DNA of 64,000 nucleotides from an uncultured Eubacteriales bacterium (GTDB lineage Bacteria; Bacillota; Clostridia; Oscillospirales; Acutalibacteraceae): NCBI GenBank assembly GCA_934552855.1, contig CAKTEU010000004.1, positions 17,021 to 81,020 of the forward strand, read 5' to 3'. Shown piece by piece: positions 63,347 to 64,000 of this stretch (position 1 is its first letter; each line of letters starts with the position of its first letter). The notes under the pieces were generated by a model. It saw only the letters and a program-made list of their open reading frames with translations, ran no database searches and was not told where the DNA came from. The position numbers and the translations under genes were made by a program.

Positions 63347-64000
63347 ATGGCTATTGAACCGAAAAAACATGAAATGCCCACTCAGGACCCGATTATCCGT
63401 GAAAAAAACTTCAAAGAAGTTGCTCTCGGTTATACGGCGGAAATTGCCGTTGAAGAAGCCAAACGCTGCCTTAACTGCAAAAACAAGCCCTGCGTTTCCG
63501 GCTGTCCGGTAAACATTGATATTCCCGACTTTATTTCTCAGATTAAAAAAGGCAAGTTTGAAGAGGCTTACTCGGTTATTTCCGATTCCTCGTCGCTCCC
63601 CGCTGTTTGCGGAAGAGTCTGTCCGCAGGAATCGCAGTGCGAAAAACACTGCACGCTCGGAATTAAGTTTGAGCCCGTTGCAATCGGAAGGCTTGAACGC
63701 TTTGTTGCCGATTGGCACAACGAACACAGCAACACCGTTCCCGAAAAACCGCAGTCAAACGGACTCAAGGTTGCCGTAATCGGTTCGGGCCCGTCCGGTC
63801 TTGCCTGCGCCGGCGACCTTGCAAAAAAAGGATACAAGGTAACAATTTTTGAAGCACTCCATTCCGCAGGCGGCGTTTTGGTATACGGCATTCCGGAATT
63901 CAGACTTCCGAAGTCAATCGTTGCAAAAGAGATTGACACCCTCAAAGCACTCGGCGTTGACATTGAAACCGACGTTGTAATCGGAAAAACACTCACCATT
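63347..64000 (+). CDS. nfnB: NfnB / GltD-like NADPH-dependent oxidoreductase large subunit (3' end beyond the window)
   Basis: My own translation; the ORF track omits it because there is no stop in the window. ATG at 63347 follows AAGGAGG: MAIEPKKHEMPTQDP..R..NF.EV..GY....A..EA.RCL.CKN.PC...CPV...IP.FI...VAVIGSGPSGLACAGDLAKKGY.VTIFEALH..GGVL.YGIPEFRLPK. Confidence 0.85.
   Translation, partial: MAIEPKKHEMPTQDPIIREKNFKEVALGYTAEIAVEEAKRCLNCKNKPCVSGCPVNIDIPDFISQIKKGKFEEAYSVISDSSSLPAVCGRVCPQESQCEKHCTLGIKFEPVAIGRLERFVADWHNEHSNTVPEKPQSNGLKVAVIGSGPSGLACAGDLAKKGYKVTIFEALHSAGGVLVYGIPEFRLPKSIVAKEIDTLKALGVDIETDVVIGKTLTI

Noticed and set aside
1-64000. I scanned the whole window for CRISPR arrays, tRNA/rRNA genes, transposases, phage genes, toxin-antitoxin pairs, reverse transcriptases/DGRs and known defence-system signatures.
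   Set aside because: I saw no regularly spaced direct repeats, no tRNA-like cloverleaf candidates and no recombinase-, nuclease- or helicase-type defence gene clusters. The only decayed accessory remnant is the DUF3990-like pseudogene.

Overview
Chromosomal segment of a low/medium-GC Firmicute. YtvI-like protein, NfnAB, a flavin reductase-rubredoxin fusion and the scRNA-dnaX-ybaB-recR synteny suggest an anaerobic Clostridia / Oscillospiraceae-like gut organism; this taxon guess is inference only. Most of the window is housekeeping: hom, glnA, metY, ychF, SRP RNA, dnaX-ybaB-recR, smpB plus tmRNA, nrdR, ppa, mnmE, rlmD, rlmB, a glmU-like gene, pth, icd, an Fe-ADH and nfnAB. Between these sit many secreted or lipid-active hydrolases and surface proteins, a small cell-wall glycosyl/glycerophosphotransferase operon and several regulators. 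I found no CRISPR array, transposase, integrase, prophage or recognisable defence genes. The observations I think deserve a second look are these. (1) Two about 98.6%-identical 221-bp inverted copies of a hairpin-structured, TIR-bearing element bracket a 39-aa peptide plus alpha/beta-hydrolase cassette between an EEP gene and glnA. (2) A Phe/Lys-rich amphipathic C-terminal tail recurs on four otherwise unrelated signal-peptide proteins, and the free-standing 39-aa peptide echoes it. (3) A tandem pair of about 470-aa XRE-HTH paralogs carries an uncharacterised large C-terminal domain, next to a triple AGTGTAAAA repeat and a terminator-ended structured RNA upstream of the glycosyltransferase operon. 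(4) A P1B-type ATPase homolog has its catalytic motifs degenerated. (5) The GlmU homolog consists of the acetyltransferase half only. (6) A lipase-like paralog pair has one member with Cys at the nucleophile position. (7) An independent roughly 200-nt long-hairpin ncRNA candidate lies upstream of nfnAB. All functional calls come from reading the translations and motifs by eye; no database search was run.
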